In this document: one piece after another, positions 1 to 12,311 of the stretch | How positions within the stretch are numbered: position 1 is the stretch's first letter | Layout: every line of letters starts with the position of its first letter | IMG/VR virus record: IMGVR_UViG_3300002231_000541 | Coordinates: 62,001 to 119,951 of that record | Strand: one strand, 5' to 3' | Length of the DNA: 57,951 bases | Origin: an uncultured virus (IMG/VR IMGVR_UViG_3300002231_000541) | Lineage: Duplodnaviria > Heunggongvirae > Uroviricota > Caudoviricetes | Notes under the pieces: generated by a model | The model's database searches: none | What the model was told of the DNA's origin: nothing | Seen by the model: the letters and a program-made list of their open reading frames with translations, nothing else | Translations under genes and position numbers: made by a program

Positions 1-2
1 AA

Positions 3-824
3 ATCAATGTCCAATCCACTCCGGAAAAAGATTATTCTCTGGTCTCTCCTTTGGGAAATTCTGCATACGGATCCCAAACCGCGCCACGCTGGTCGGTCAA
101 AGTATTGCAAGGAAAGATTACGAACACTGAAGGATTCCTTACTGGTTCTTATCGCACTCTAAAGATCCCTCAATTAGAGATGGACTTAACATACACGCTC
201 CACCCTCAAGACATTATGGATTATCCAGGCCGCGAATCTTTTGGTCAAATCGATGCGGAAGATTTAGCCCTAGGAGTGTTTCCAGATGGAACTTTTTTTG
301 AAGTCCAAGAGGGAACAATTTTGCTGGATCTAGATGAGTTGAATGTGCCCTTCGATGTGGAAAACTTTGATATTGAAGTGTTTGAGATGGAAGAAGGCAC
401 ACTCCCCGGGAAGTCCAACCCCACTGTACAGAATTTGAATCAGCTTTATTTTGAAAAGAGAAGTCCTCAAATTGTTAATAATATTTTAGTATCAGATACT
501 CCGGATAAGACAATCATCCCTAAAGATTCAAGCTATGTGGGGTACTATTTTGACGTTTATGTGGATGATGAGATCGACCCCGCAGTGATGGCCACATCAG
601 TGGACGAGCTTCGCTCCAAAGGTATCTATGTGGATAGTGCATATCACCGACCTCAAATACCCATTGTGGCCACCGCAGCAGACCTCTATAGGGATCTTAC
701 TGACAGTACGTTGGTCGTTTGCGCTGACGATAATGCCCAAAAGCCCCCAAAGGCATCCATTGTATCCAAGAGCGGCCCATTCATTGCCGCAAAAAAACCG
801 TTTGACTCTAGTGATGAAAAATAG
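3..824 (+). CDS. Hypothetical phage protein, 5'-truncated (putative virion/baseplate region)
   Basis: Frame is open from the window edge (INVQSTPEKDYSLVSPLGN...) to TAG at 822-824; acidic; no recognised motif. Confidence 0.6.
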   Translation: MNVQSTPEKDYSLVSPLGNSAYGSQTAPRWSVKVLQGKITNTEGFLTGSYRTLKIPQLEMDLTYTLHPQDIMDYPGRESFGQIDAEDLALGVFPDGTFFEVQEGTILLDLDELNVPFDVENFDIEVFEMEEGTLPGKSNPTVQNLNQLYFEKRSPQIVNNILVSDTPDKTIIPKDSSYVGYYFDVYVDDEIDPAVMATSVDELRSKGIYVDSAYHRPQIPIVATAADLYRDLTDSTLVVCADDNAQKPPKASIVSKSGPFIAAKKPFDSSDEK

Positions 825-830
825 TTAACA

Positions 831-838
831 ACTATTTA
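831..838 (+). promoter_or_regulatory. Putative late promoter ACTATTTA
   Basis: Intergenic copy of the recurring ACTA(T/A/C)TTA motif, followed by AAGGA and ATG at 857. Confidence 0.6.
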
Positions 839-856
839 TAAAGAAGGAAAATATAA

Positions 857-3800
857 ATGCCTCAAAATGTTGATACAAAGTCTCTTACTAATACAGTCTT
901 GCCGACAATTTATTTTTCCGAGATCTCATTGCGTGAGGGAAAACTTACCAAGTATAAGCCTAAAAAGCAACAACGAAACAAGAAAGATCGCCTGAATATA
1001 AAGCGCAAGTCCAAGAGAGTCTCTAAAGAAAAGACAGCACGCGTCCGAGGCCGCGCCCCCAACACGATGCAAGGGTTGAATGTAACGTTGTCGCTGGTAG
1101 TGAAAGACGTCATTGAAAAAGATGCTATAAGTACATGGATGGCCAATAGTGAATTTACTAAGTTTCTCTATATTAAGGTGGTCCAAAGCACGAACAAAAG
1201 AATAACTTCGGCCCTCCAAAAGGGGCGCCTCGATATTTTAAAGTTAGAAAAAAACAAACAACACTGCAAAATTATTACTTTGCCCGTGCAAAAAAACGAC
1301 TTTGATCTTAAAGATTATACGAGAATACATTCATCGTCGGGGGAGCGAGTTTATGAAATCCCTTATGAAACAGAAATCCTAATCAAAGACTCCGAGCCTC
1401 GTCATTTAGCGTATTTTGCCTATGCATTTCTAGATATTAATGCCCTTGCTGCCGAATATGGCATGAAATTCAATAGACAACAAAACTTCAAGGGAACTGT
1501 GACCGAAGAGGTGGTAATCCAGCGTAATAAAGTCAATACTACTGCTTATATTTTCTACGTCAAAGAAACAAATCAAATTTGGCTTGGCGGAGTCCACAAG
1601 AAGGGTAATAAGTGGTATACTGGAAACTCACAAGTTAAATTTCCTAAAGAGTTAAGGCGAGAAAAAGTATCAAACCACAAAGTAAAAGACTTCAGACAAA
1701 TCGCTAAATTGGACGCCAATGTTTTAAAGATGAAACCGGCCCTCCGAGCTTATCAAAAATACGAAAAGCCCCAACTCAACAGAGACCAGATAAGAACAGA
1801 CGCTCCTGATTCCTACATTTCCCAGGGAATGATTTCTCCCAAACCCTCTGGTGCAGCCACTTTTCTATTTCATGTTGATTTTAGAAAATTAGTAAGAGAA
1901 CAAAGCGCCTTTGGTGGAATTATTGATTCTTCGACAAACCCCAGGGCCATAGAAGAAATATACCTTCTATCGCGGATTACTTCTCTTAAAATCTTGCGAC
2001 GTAGAATAGATCAAGTCGCCGCTATTAATAAGCTCGGTACTCCCGTTCAGTCTACTATTTTCGACCCTTCAAGAAACGTGGTGCGCACCATTGTTGAGTC
2101 TGGCGATAAGAATGGAGTCCTTAGAAAGAAGACTACTGACAACGGCGCCATCCGAGAGTTGGATAATCTTGTTTTCTCCAATGGCGTGAGAACTTTCACA
2201 GGAACCGACAACGATATCTTGGAGGTAACTGATGGGGTCTATCAGTATGGAGTCTCGATGGAGCTGGTTGACGGAACAGTTATTTTTCTAAATCAGGCCC
2301 TCGATAAACTCATAGAAGCCAACAAATCCTTGTCCCTCTATCATCAAGATGCGATATCACCACGCTATATTCAAAAAAATGGCAAATTTTCCCCCATTTT
2401 ATCCAAAAAATATAAAAGGTTGAGACAAAGACCTTGGGCAACGGCGATAGCCACCTTTATAGAGGTCCAAACTTCTATATCTAAGTTGCCCCGCACCCCT
2501 AAAACTATGGCTAAGATTTTAAACTCGATGGTAAATCCCGTTACTGGAACCGCCTCCGGAATCTTCGCCCTCATCGAGATGATAAACTCGCTAGTTTTAC
2601 AAATCCAGTACTCCCTTGGGAACAAAAGACAAATTAAACAAACCTCTGTTAACGTCGGAAAAAACCCAACCAAGAGCACCTACAAGGTTTCTACTTTGGG
2701 GATAGATAAGTTCTTTAAAGATCTCCATGATAGCAACTTCCCGCGCAATTTTGGAGTTGATTTCTTAGGAAATGATGGTATTGAAGACGTTGGAACCAAG
2801 GCAGTTCTTTTTGAGGATGTGTTCAAGAGAGTACAGCAAGAAAATGAGATATACTGGTCAGAGCCTGATATGGCATCAAACGCAGAAATACTTAAAGCGG
2901 AAAAACACTGGCACCAAGCGTCTTCCTGCCGACACCGCTGCTATCATGAACCTTCAAAGTGTTGAATTCGGATACCTTACTCCAGCCCTCTATCGAGGAG
3001 GNGTCTATGAGGTTCAGCGAACCGACATGGGAGAATCAGTGTGGGATGCACAAAAGTACAATGCCATGGCCTCTTGTATAGTGGCAGTAGAAAGTGGAAA
3101 TCACACCAATCTTACTCAAGGACCCCCGGCCTCCAAAAGCCCAAAGAGAGCGAAGGACACTCGCGCGAACCCTTTGCGGGCCAACACACAAGACCGGTCT
3201 AATAATAGCATCCTTTCCCAAATTGGAGTAACGATCGTCGAGCCATCCGAGGAAGAATTAGCAGAGTTTTCGAGCCTGGATAAAGCCGCAGCCACAAAAC
3301 TTCTAGTTTCAGCCCAGCGCATTTTACCCTCTGATGATCCTATAAACACGATTGCAACTTCGGAATGTTCCAACGAAGCAGACAGCGACAATGAAGAAAT
3401 CCAGCAGCGGAAACGACGCAAAATCAAACAACGAAATAAAGAAAACAAGAGAGCAGTATCCCAGATATTTACTAATAACCTCTCTGCTACGGGCGCCCTC
3501 AAAGGGAGAAAGCGCCGTGGCCAAAAGAGAAAGAGCAATTTCACTAAAAACAGCGGAACAACAACCCCTGTTAGTGACTATAATCTCTATTCGGCTTATA
3601 ACGTATTAGATCTTATTAGGCAATCTCCTTTGGATAATAAAAGTTTACAAAAAGTGCCTAACCAATTGCGATCATTGATGTTTTCTGATAGTGATTCTAC
3701 CAAAAATGACTGGCAAAGTCAACCTATGGACCCCATCAAAGCCCCAGAAACCTCGCAAATGATGCGTATGAACTATGATACGTTTGGCAAAATAGAAGTT

Positions 3801-4607
3801 TTTATGGGCTTTAAGAAGGATGGGAAGGGAAATAACATTGTTTTAAAGCCAAAATTTAGGATGCTCAATAAGAAGATCATTGAAGACTCGGAAGCTGGGG
3901 TCTTGTTGTGCAGAATCGAACATTATAAAAACAATCTCCTGGGAATTGGCATCAATTCTGGCTTGGATATGCAAATATTCGACAATTACTTTCTAATGGC
4001 CAAATCAAGTCTGATTGTTTTGGCAAACAGGATGAAAAAAATCACTAATCAGGCAAGAAAGGGCCAAAAGTCGGCCAATAAACTTGTAGAGTCGGTGGTA
4101 AAGGGCGGCTCCCAGGAGGAAATAGCAGAGGTTTCAGCAGCCATGGTTCAAGCCGACTTAGAAAAAATTGAAACTTCCATTGCACAGCCGCTTATGGTTG
4201 AAACACCCTCTACAAACACTTCAGCAAAACAATCTCCAGCCACAAAGAATAAAAATAAAAAGAAAACATCCACGGCCCAAAAGCCTCTAGATGAAATAAT
4301 TACCCTAGATGACACTATGGGACCCCCCGTGTCTGAAGAAATCTTAGACATGTTGGAGGTAGAAGAAAAACAGGAAATGATAGCCGATTATTCCTCATCC
4401 GGCACAACCAAACAAGGAGACGACTCGGCAGGTTTCCTGGGTATCACCCCCAACACGGCTACTGACGACAAGGATGATTTTGAAATGCCATCGGCACCAG
4501 CCTCTACAGCAACCACCCCTCTTCAAACCAACATGGCACAACCCATGGGCAATTCACCATCATCCACGCCTTCAACGCCAGGACCCTCTTATGGGAGTAT
4601 TAAATAA
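857..4607 (+). CDS. Large hypothetical virion-associated protein (~1250 aa), split by a probable frameshift error near 2890
   Basis: ORFs 857..2965 and 2772..4607 overlap, and protein-like sequence switches frame near CTTAAAGCGG. An 'n' at 3002 shows low local consensus quality. Confidence 0.6.
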
Positions 4608-7600
4608 TGTCACATTCTAAGAAAAACACCTATGTGCTTTCTACAATTTATGGAAATGCACTCGATGAGTTCCGCAATGCTGTGGGCAATTACTGGGATC
4701 TTGGGCCCTTTTTCCCCGATTATGGAGATCCTACGGCGAAAAATCCTGCCGCGCTTCTGTCTAAAAAAGTAAATAAAATCAACACCTTCAATATTATTCC
4801 GCGTCAAAAAACAGTCAAAAATCTTAAACAATATCCTTTTTATGAAATCACTCACGATTTTGAAATTTATGCGGACAAGGGTCTTTACAATAATGACACT
4901 AACTGGGCCAACTATATAATGAAAATTTGTAATTCTCCAAACGTATTTTTGGATTATTCTTTTGATGTGGAGACTCCCATGTCGCCGGCCGAAATGGACG
5001 CACAGAGTTTCAACCCAGGCGCACTGTACAATAAGGCGAACTTTGTGTACAATTATTATGCTCGCCCCTATGAACTTTTAACCAATAATGATCAAGCTCC
5101 GGAGACTATTCTTCCTAATTTGTATTATTTTTTATCCACCCGCAATAATAAGATGACAGATAAAGCATTCCAAGCGCTAACTGCAGGCGGTATTCTAGAG
5201 GAATCCCAATTGCGCTCCATGAGGTTGCCTAAAATTGGAACAGCCCACCCGGAATATTTCAATGACTTCGGCCAAGCACAGCGACAAACTTCCCTCACTG
5301 CCCTGGAGAACATTTCTAATGCAGCCACGGATATTATTTTTGATACTGATTGTGATGAGATATTACGTGAAGGCATTAATTTCGCTACTTTATTTCCTAT
5401 GTATGTGGATTTAGAATTCACTACGGACTCTGCCAATGAGATGACGGAGGTACTCAAAGATTCTCACCTAAGCACTTCCTTGATATCTTATTTATCCCTT
5501 ATTCCCCGAAATCCTACCGAGGCTGATCGACAAAGATTTTCGATGCGCACGGAACCAATGCAGTGCTTTTTTGAGAGTATTACTCCTAATGATGACTTTA
5601 CAAGTACTGACATAAATGTGGACTCACTAGAGGTGGACGTCAATATTATTGATATTGATAAATGGCTCAAGAAGGTGGCAAAAAATAAGAATTTTGTTCG
5701 CTCATCTGCCATGGTTGTAAAAGATGATACTGAAGATGTCCGCACATCTGCCTTTGAGAAAATGATGTATTTGATAATCTTTTCTGGCAAGTTAAAAACT
5801 TTGGTGGATAAATACAATCGATCTTATTTGGATATTTCCGATGGTGTCAAGGCTTTTTCTGAAACCATATGCTATAAAGTAGAAAAGTTCACCACTAATG
5901 GCGGATCCGAGCCATTACAGACTTTTTTGGCTCCCCAATACTAACGAGATTGATGCTATTAAGTATGTGGACACCCAAGTCAAATATAATAAAGGGTATA
6001 AATATAAAGTAAGTGCATACCAGTTCATTGTGGGGTCAGAATATTATTACAAAGACCTCCGATTCCCCGATGAATATGATATGCCGGGATTAATGGAACA
6101 AACATTGGTCCAAGCCGGCCAAACAACACTTCAGGATTTCTCCGACACCAGCGCCACGCCCAAGACATTGGATGCAGCCGAGAAGCCTATCCCCGTGTTG
6201 CATCTTTCTGACTACTCTAAGTATAAGGAAATTATGGACCCCTTTGACGAACTAATGGATGACCTTCCGGCCGAAGTGGCAAGCGTCCCTGCTGGCAAAG
6301 ATATGGCTTTGGACATGGAAGTTTATGACATTATAGAAGAAATGAAGAAATATGATCTTCCAATTCAAACTCTCGAAGTACTAGCGACTACCTTTTCGAC
6401 AGGAGAGACTTATCCCTCCTTTTTAAACGATACAAAGAGCCTGTTAGCAAACGCGCGCAACTATTTGACCAATATGAAGTCACGTATTGAGACTTTTGTT
6501 AAAGAATATGAAGATAGCTACCTCCCCTCCATCGCCACAGATGAAAAGAGAGATACGATGCGTACCGTCTCTAAGGAACTCCGCGCCGCACTATCGTGGA
6601 TTTATATCATTGATTCATTTTATGGACAATTTGAGGCGTTTGTAGATAAATATAGGGAACTTACCTCCGAAATTGACACCCTTCGTCAAAACCAGCGAGA
6701 CGCCAAGGGCCTTAGTTCGTCCTATGGGGAGTCTATAGACAAAGTGGTTTCTACACGCAATGATTTGATCGCTGAAATCTCCGCTGTTGCCACCCAATAT
6801 CATAAATATTATGATGATTTGAATGTGTATTTGTGGAAATACCAAGTCATTGATATTTCGAATCCGGGCTCCATGCAGCCCGCCGTACAAGCGTTTTTCG
6901 CGCAGGCGTCGGAAGAGCAGAACAATACCCAATATGCAGTAGAGACGTTGAGCATAGCCGGAGTTGCAGGTACGGCCCCCCAAACTCCGCAGCCAAGCTC
7001 TTTATATCTTGCAAGCACAGCAGGGCCTACAGTCACAGACTTAGACGCTGACATTATGACTCCAGGCTCAACAGTGTCGACCAATCGAGAAATTACGCAG
7101 AAGCCTTATATTTCGACGGATAGAGACATTTTTAATACCAAATATGCTAATCGACTTTTCGTCGTACCCAAGAAACGTCAGGCGGTAGACGAGAGAAAAT
7201 TTTATAAAGCAAACTTACAAGTCTGCATTAGACCATCGGTCAAATTAGCCGAAGTGCCGTTTTTTGAAACAGAGGGTAGCATCATTGATGACCCTCCTGT
7301 CTTTCCCAATGTGGACCTCATTCCATATAGGGGGGTTAAGGATAAAATATTAATCAACTTGAATAGTAGCGTGGGAAGTTATAAAATGATGCCCATCACT
7401 TTTAATCCCAAAGAAGAAAAAATCGTAGAAGATATTCGACAAACTCACCAAATTCCCCCCAACAGTCCGATCACTTTTACCACAGATGACTCAGTTAGCG
7501 CCTTTGAGATATATCGACTAGAGAGTCCGCCAGAGAAGATAGAGGATTTCGCCAACGCTTTGAGAAAATACTTGCCTACCGACGTCAACTCGCAAACTCT

Positions 7601-8036
7601 ACAGAAAGCATCCTCAGCCTCGTTTGTAGACGATATCAACGCCAATACTGAATACTATTATACCTTTAGGTCCGTTGACGCTCATGGTAAAATCTCTAAC
7701 CCATCTCCTGTTTACAAGCTGATCATGATGGAGAACGACGCCGCTGTGTACCCCTTGGTAGAGGTCTATCAAATGCGCCCAATTGTCCCTCAACAGCCCA
7801 CAAAGACTTGCAAAAAACTAATTAATATTGTGCCACGCTATAGCCAGAGACTCATCAATCTACAAAAATCAAACATAGGAGATGGCAATAGTACGAAAGA
7901 AGTGAAAAATATTGTCCTAGGCCTTGAGGACAAGTCTTTATTTGGGAGAAAATTTAAGATCAGGCTCACTTCGAAGAAGACTGGCAAACAACTTGATTTA
8001 AACGTGAACTTTAATGTTAAGTTGGATAAAATTTAA
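4607..8036 (+). CDS. Large virion protein with fibronectin-III-like motifs (~1140 aa), split by an extra T near 5925
   Basis: ORFs 4607..5944 and 5898..8036 join as QTFWLPNT if one T is removed from ACTTTTTTGG. FN3-like strands: YVDTQVKYNKGYKYKVSAY and FVDDINANTEYYYTFRSVDAHGKISNPS. TAATG coupling at 4605-4609. Confidence 0.6.
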
Positions 8037-8071
8037 AAATAAAAGATTTTTCAAAACTAAACGTTTTGGAT

Positions 8072-8079
8072 ACTAATTA
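8072..8079 (+). promoter_or_regulatory. Putative late promoter ACTAATTA
   Basis: Intergenic motif copy upstream of AAGGA and ATG 8101. Confidence 0.55.
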
Positions 8080-8100
8080 TAGAGAAAGGAAGGAAAACTA

Positions 8101-9039
8101 ATGGCTTTTTTAGATAACAGCGGAGACATCATTTTGGATGCCGTCCTAACAGATACGGGCCGAGCGCGCTTGGCAAAAGGAGATGGCACATTCAGAATTG
8201 CTAAGTTTGCTTTGGGTGACGATGAGATCGATTATGAACTGTATGATAAGACAAATCCTAGCGGAAGTGCGTATTATGATTTACAGATCTTGCAAACACC
8301 AGTGTTAGAAGCCTTCACCAACAACACAGCTACAATGTCTTCTAAATTAATCTCTATTTCCAGAACCAATCTTCTTTACCTTCCCTCGGTTGTACTTAAC
8401 GAGGTCTTCGGCGGATCCGGTGACATTAATAGTTCCTCTACCGCTCGAAATCAAACTGCTGGCGTCTTCTATGTGGCAGTAGATGATGATACCAATACGG
8501 CTTTAGCTGGCGTCTCTGGCGTAATCGATGGTGTCGATGGAAGTGGCGGCAACTATGTCCGAGTCGATCAAGGCCTTGACACGGACGAGGTATCGCCCCA
8601 GCGCGAATTAGACTCTGATCTCGTTGAAACTCAATATCTTATTGAAATGGATACTCGCCTAGGCGAAATTCTATCCCGTGATGGCAACAACCTTGCCACC
8701 ATCTCTTTTATTGATGATGATCAGATCGCAAGTTATTATTTATCTTTGGGTACAGATTTAAAATTTGTCAGTGAAATTACTAATAACAAGAAAATCAGCG
8801 ACGGTGCACCAGGTCAGGTAATCAAAGGACCTAGAGGTACTTCGATTCAATTCAAAGTTCAGGCAAGTATTGATTTGAACACTAGCACGTTTTTGTTCAC
8901 CCAGTTAGGAGCTACGATGAGCGCTCCGTCTGGCGCAACTGCGGGCACTTACAACTATATCGACTCCAATATCCGAGTCACTGGTGTCACCACCGGCAAC
9001 AGAATCGACATTCCAGTCCGGTTTGTCAAGAAGCAATAG
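8101..9039 (+). CDS. Virion structural protein (baseplate/tail-fibre-attachment-like)
   Basis: N-terminus DAVLTDTGRARLAKG...IAKFALGDDEIDY resembles the LTxxGxxxLA...xFAxGD start of tail-collar/DUF3751-type proteins. Confidence 0.55.
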   Translation: MAFLDNSGDIILDAVLTDTGRARLAKGDGTFRIAKFALGDDEIDYELYDKTNPSGSAYYDLQILQTPVLEAFTNNTATMSSKLISISRTNLLYLPSVVLNEVFGGSGDINSSSTARNQTAGVFYVAVDDDTNTALAGVSGVIDGVDGSGGNYVRVDQGLDTDEVSPQRELDSDLVETQYLIEMDTRLGEILSRDGNNLATISFIDDDQIASYYLSLGTDLKFVSEITNNKKISDGAPGQVIKGPRGTSIQFKVQASIDLNTSTFLFTQLGATMSAPSGATAGTYNYIDSNIRVTGVTTGNRIDIPVRFVKKQ

Positions 9040-9048
9040 GAAAACATC

Positions 9049-10017
9049 ATGGCAACTGTATTTAAGAATTTATTAAGCAACGACGTAGCAACGACACGGA
9101 CCCTTCTCAATGAAGCTATCCCCATCACAGGCTCCATCGTTTCCGGAACTTATTCCGATAAAAACATCAAGTATTATTCTCATGGAATGTTCGAAAGCGT
9201 ATACGATTATCCATATCTTAGCTCTTCGGCGAACCATATTTTCGATATTACTTATGGCTATTCATCAACCTTGTCTTCTTCGGGCAATCCCATGAATGCT
9301 AAGAAATTGAACATCTACAATCAGATGGCACAAGTCCTCGTGGGCTATGGTGTCAATGGAAATGTTAGAAAGTTCGATAGAGATGGCGACCTTACTGGTG
9401 GAGGAAAGATACACAGTTGTGTATTTTTGAACTACTCGCGCCTTCTCGTTAAAGACGAAATCAAAAAGGGAAGCTATACGCTCACTGTAGCGTCAGGGTC
9501 TACCTTGATTACACTAGGCGACTACGGCGCTCAAAATGACTACAGAGTAAACTCTCCTTCAGGAGAATACGGCGTTCTCTACACATCTTCGGTGGCCTCT
9601 CCAGGTACCGGCGTAGGTCTTATCTATTACCAAGCTGGCGTAGCTGTCATTACCTCTTCGGCGGAGATTTTCCCAAGCGCTTCAAACTTTAATTCAGTAT
9701 ACAGCATCACTGGAACTGGCGATTATGTACGAAGTGTATGGAAAAATAACTTACTTAACAACACTACTGAACTGAACAGTACGATTTACTTCTGCCGCGC
9801 CAACAATAATGAGTTTAACTACTCTTCGAATCCTACCTATTTGTCAGGAAGCAAGATTAGAACCAAAAATGTATCGTCCGATCCATCCGTATCTTATATT
9901 ACTTCCGTGGGTCTTTATTCTGCGGACAACGAGCTTTTGGCAGTTGCCAAAATCAGCGAGCCCCTAAAGAAAGATCAAACAAATGAACTGACTTTGCGTG
10001 TACGCTTGGATTACTAA
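9049..10017 (+). CDS. Virion structural protein (baseplate/tail-fibre-attachment-like)
   Basis: C-terminus FNYSSNPTY...YITSVGLYSADNELLAVAKISEPLKK...VRLDY; paralogous to the next gene. Confidence 0.6.
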   Translation: MATVFKNLLSNDVATTRTLLNEAIPITGSIVSGTYSDKNIKYYSHGMFESVYDYPYLSSSANHIFDITYGYSSTLSSSGNPMNAKKLNIYNQMAQVLVGYGVNGNVRKFDRDGDLTGGGKIHSCVFLNYSRLLVKDEIKKGSYTLTVASGSTLITLGDYGAQNDYRVNSPSGEYGVLYTSSVASPGTGVGLIYYQAGVAVITSSAEIFPSASNFNSVYSITGTGDYVRSVWKNNLLNNTTELNSTIYFCRANNNEFNYSSNPTYLSGSKIRTKNVSSDPSVSYITSVGLYSADNELLAVAKISEPLKKDQTNELTLRVRLDY

Positions 10018-10025
10018 AAAATGTC

Positions 10026-11192
10026 ATGCCATTTAAGAAATTTGACCAAAGCGACATTATTCATAATACGATAAAAGCACACCCTCGTGTTTCTTTAGCG
10101 ATATATGATAGCAAAATTTACAAACAAGGTGAAACCCAAGTTTCGGGAGCCTTTGTAGCTAGTATTCCTAATGCACCTCCGGGGTTTATATCGCTGTATG
10201 AGTTAAATGTGGACCGCACTCCGGCTGATACGGGAATGATATACCCTTTTATCACCAAAAATGGCACCCTGTCTAACTTTAAAACTATTTCTACTTCTAA
10301 ATTTAACAGTGATTTTGCCTACGGTGCTAAAATCACATCTTCCTATCCATTGACGGCCTCTATTTCACGAGAATATTTCCAACTAAACCAATCGCGCCCC
10401 CATGTAACAGCCCTTAAGAATACTCTCAATTTTTATAAAAACATCAGCCAGCACTATGCCTATAGCTCCAGTTTGGGCAATAAGTCTTCGCAACCCCTAA
10501 ACTTGACCTCTATCCCTTCTATCTTTTTTGGATCTTCAATTAAGAAAGGTTCTGTAGATTTAAAGTTCTACATTTCAGGCACTTTGATTGGACAACTTCA
10601 GGACAAAAACTATGATGGTGAACTCATCCAAACAGGACCCTCTGGAAGCACCGGATCGGGGTCTGTAGCGGGTGTTGTTTTATATAACGAAGGTTTTATG
10701 GTATTAACTGGTTCGTGGCCTCTAGAGACGTCTGTAGCGCGGAATTATTTAAATGATATCACCAACCAACAAACATCTTCATGGCTATATTATGGAGTCG
10801 GCGCCCAAGATGGGATACCCTCTGGAGTCATCCCTTCGTCAAGTTATGAGATGTATTTTGAAGGAACCCAGCGCATCCCCACTGTCACGTTATTAGCACA
10901 CGCGGATAAAGGCGAGATGAACCACTCTAACAATCCCACATATATTAGATATGGTCAAAATCTGTCGCCCAATTCTTCCTCTATCTCTTTTATTGAGTCA
11001 GAACAAGAAATCAAAAATACCGTGGAGTCCCCTTATGTTGCTCCTACGGCATCGTTTGAGAAAATTACTTATATTTCGAAAATTGGAATATATGACGAGG
11101 ATAGAAATCTTATAGGAATTGCCTCAATCGCCAAACCTGTCAAGAAAACAGAGCAACAGCAATATACTTTTAAGTTAAAAATGGATTTTTAA
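10026..11192 (+). CDS. Virion structural protein, paralog of 9049..10017
   Basis: Shares IKKGS, G(V/L)xYxxG, N(H/Y)SxNPTY and YI(S/T)xxG(I/L)Y..L(I/L)xxAx(I)xxPxKK..K(M/L)D(F/Y) motifs with the upstream gene. Confidence 0.6.
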   Translation: MPFKKFDQSDIIHNTIKAHPRVSLAIYDSKIYKQGETQVSGAFVASIPNAPPGFISLYELNVDRTPADTGMIYPFITKNGTLSNFKTISTSKFNSDFAYGAKITSSYPLTASISREYFQLNQSRPHVTALKNTLNFYKNISQHYAYSSSLGNKSSQPLNLTSIPSIFFGSSIKKGSVDLKFYISGTLIGQLQDKNYDGELIQTGPSGSTGSGSVAGVVLYNEGFMVLTGSWPLETSVARNYLNDITNQQTSSWLYYGVGAQDGIPSGVIPSSSYEMYFEGTQRIPTVTLLAHADKGEMNHSNNPTYIRYGQNLSPNSSSISFIESEQEIKNTVESPYVAPTASFEKITYISKIGIYDEDRNLIGIASIAKPVKKTEQQQYTFKLKMDF

Positions 11193-11711
11193 ATGATATT
11201 AGGATTGGATATAAGCACAAGCATCGTTGGAGTGTGTGTTCTACAGGATAACAAGGTAGTTCATGCTGGATACATCGATCTTCGAAAAGTGGGAGATTTT
11301 TTTGCAAAAGCGGAAAAAGTAGATGAATATTTGCAAGCTCTGGAATTTCCCATTGAGCACATCTTCATTGAGCAGGCCTTGATGTTCTTCCGCCGAGGAG
11401 GTTCAACTGCAAAAACAATGGCTGTCCTTCAACGTTTCAATGGAGTGGTTTCGTGGTTATCGCATAAGCAGTTTGACATCCACCCAGAGTACGTTACTCC
11501 TATTGGTGCCCGATCTAAATGTGGAATTAAAGTGCCCAAAGGCAAAAAAGCCAAAGATGTGGTAATGGAGCACTTTATAAAAAGCAAAGAGTTTGAAATT
11601 GATTATACTCGGTATGGAAATGTTCAGAAATATTGTTATGATATGGCTGATGCAATTGTCGTTGCCAGAGCTGGGCACTATTTATTACAGGAGAATCACG
11701 AAAATGTCTGA
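11193..11711 (+). CDS. ruvC: RuvC-like Holliday junction resolvase
   Basis: RNase H-fold motifs ILGLDISTSIVG, IFIEQ and DMADAIVVA; 172 aa. Confidence 0.8.
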   Translation: MILGLDISTSIVGVCVLQDNKVVHAGYIDLRKVGDFFAKAEKVDEYLQALEFPIEHIFIEQALMFFRRGGSTAKTMAVLQRFNGVVSWLSHKQFDIHPEYVTPIGARSKCGIKVPKGKKAKDVVMEHFIKSKEFEIDYTRYGNVQKYCYDMADAIVVARAGHYLLQENHENV

Positions 11712-12273
11712 AATGAAGTTGATCATGGAAGGGTGGAGGTCTCATGTGGAGGACCAAAAATTTGAAATGATGCTAGGAACATTATTGAACAGCCACGGCC
11801 AATTAAACGAAAGTGTGGCTGATGATATCAAAGAAAAGGTACGGCAAGTAGCTAGAGAATATGGCAAAAAAGCCACCACCATAGCCATGGCCGCAATGCT
11901 GGCCACCAATGCAATCGCTCCTGGCATAGCCGCTGCTTCGCCTCCGGCCGTAGCCTCTGACGCTCCCAGGATAGCGCAGCAAGTCGATAATGATGCCGCT
12001 GAAGAAGAAACAAAAAAACCAGCTGCCCAAGCCCTAAAGAAAATTTTTCAAGATATTGGAGACTCCTTTAAACAAGATGGGGAAATAGGAAAGCTGTTTT
12101 CGAAAAAAGACAAGAACCAAGACGAGGTGTCAGATTCGGATAGTAAAGATCTTATAATACAACACATAAAGGCAAAAGCCGAAAGTGGTATCGACCTAAG
12201 TCCGGACGAAGTGCAATTATTGGACCTATATAATCAGCACGGACCCAATTGGGACTCTCAAATTGAAAAATAA
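11704..12273 (+). CDS. Hypothetical protein, possible internal head protein
   Basis: AGGAG then ATG 11704; N-terminus MSEMKLIMEGWR; contains QLNE and a hydrophobic Ala-rich segment. Confidence 0.55.
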   Translation: MSEMKLIMEGWRSHVEDQKFEMMLGTLLNSHGQLNESVADDIKEKVRQVAREYGKKATTIAMAAMLATNAIAPGIAAASPPAVASDAPRIAQQVDNDAAEEETKKPAAQALKKIFQDIGDSFKQDGEIGKLFSKKDKNQDEVSDSDSKDLIIQHIKAKAESGIDLSPDEVQLLDLYNQHGPNWDSQIEK

Positions 12274-12276
12274 TCC

Positions 12277-12305
12277 TTGACAGGCGCCCTCAACTATGCT
12301 ATATT
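12277..12305 (+). promoter_or_regulatory. Sigma70-type promoter with extended -10
   Basis: TTGACA (12277-12282), 17 bp spacer ending TGC, TATATT (12300-12305). Confidence 0.85.
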
Positions 12306-12311
12306 AATAAT

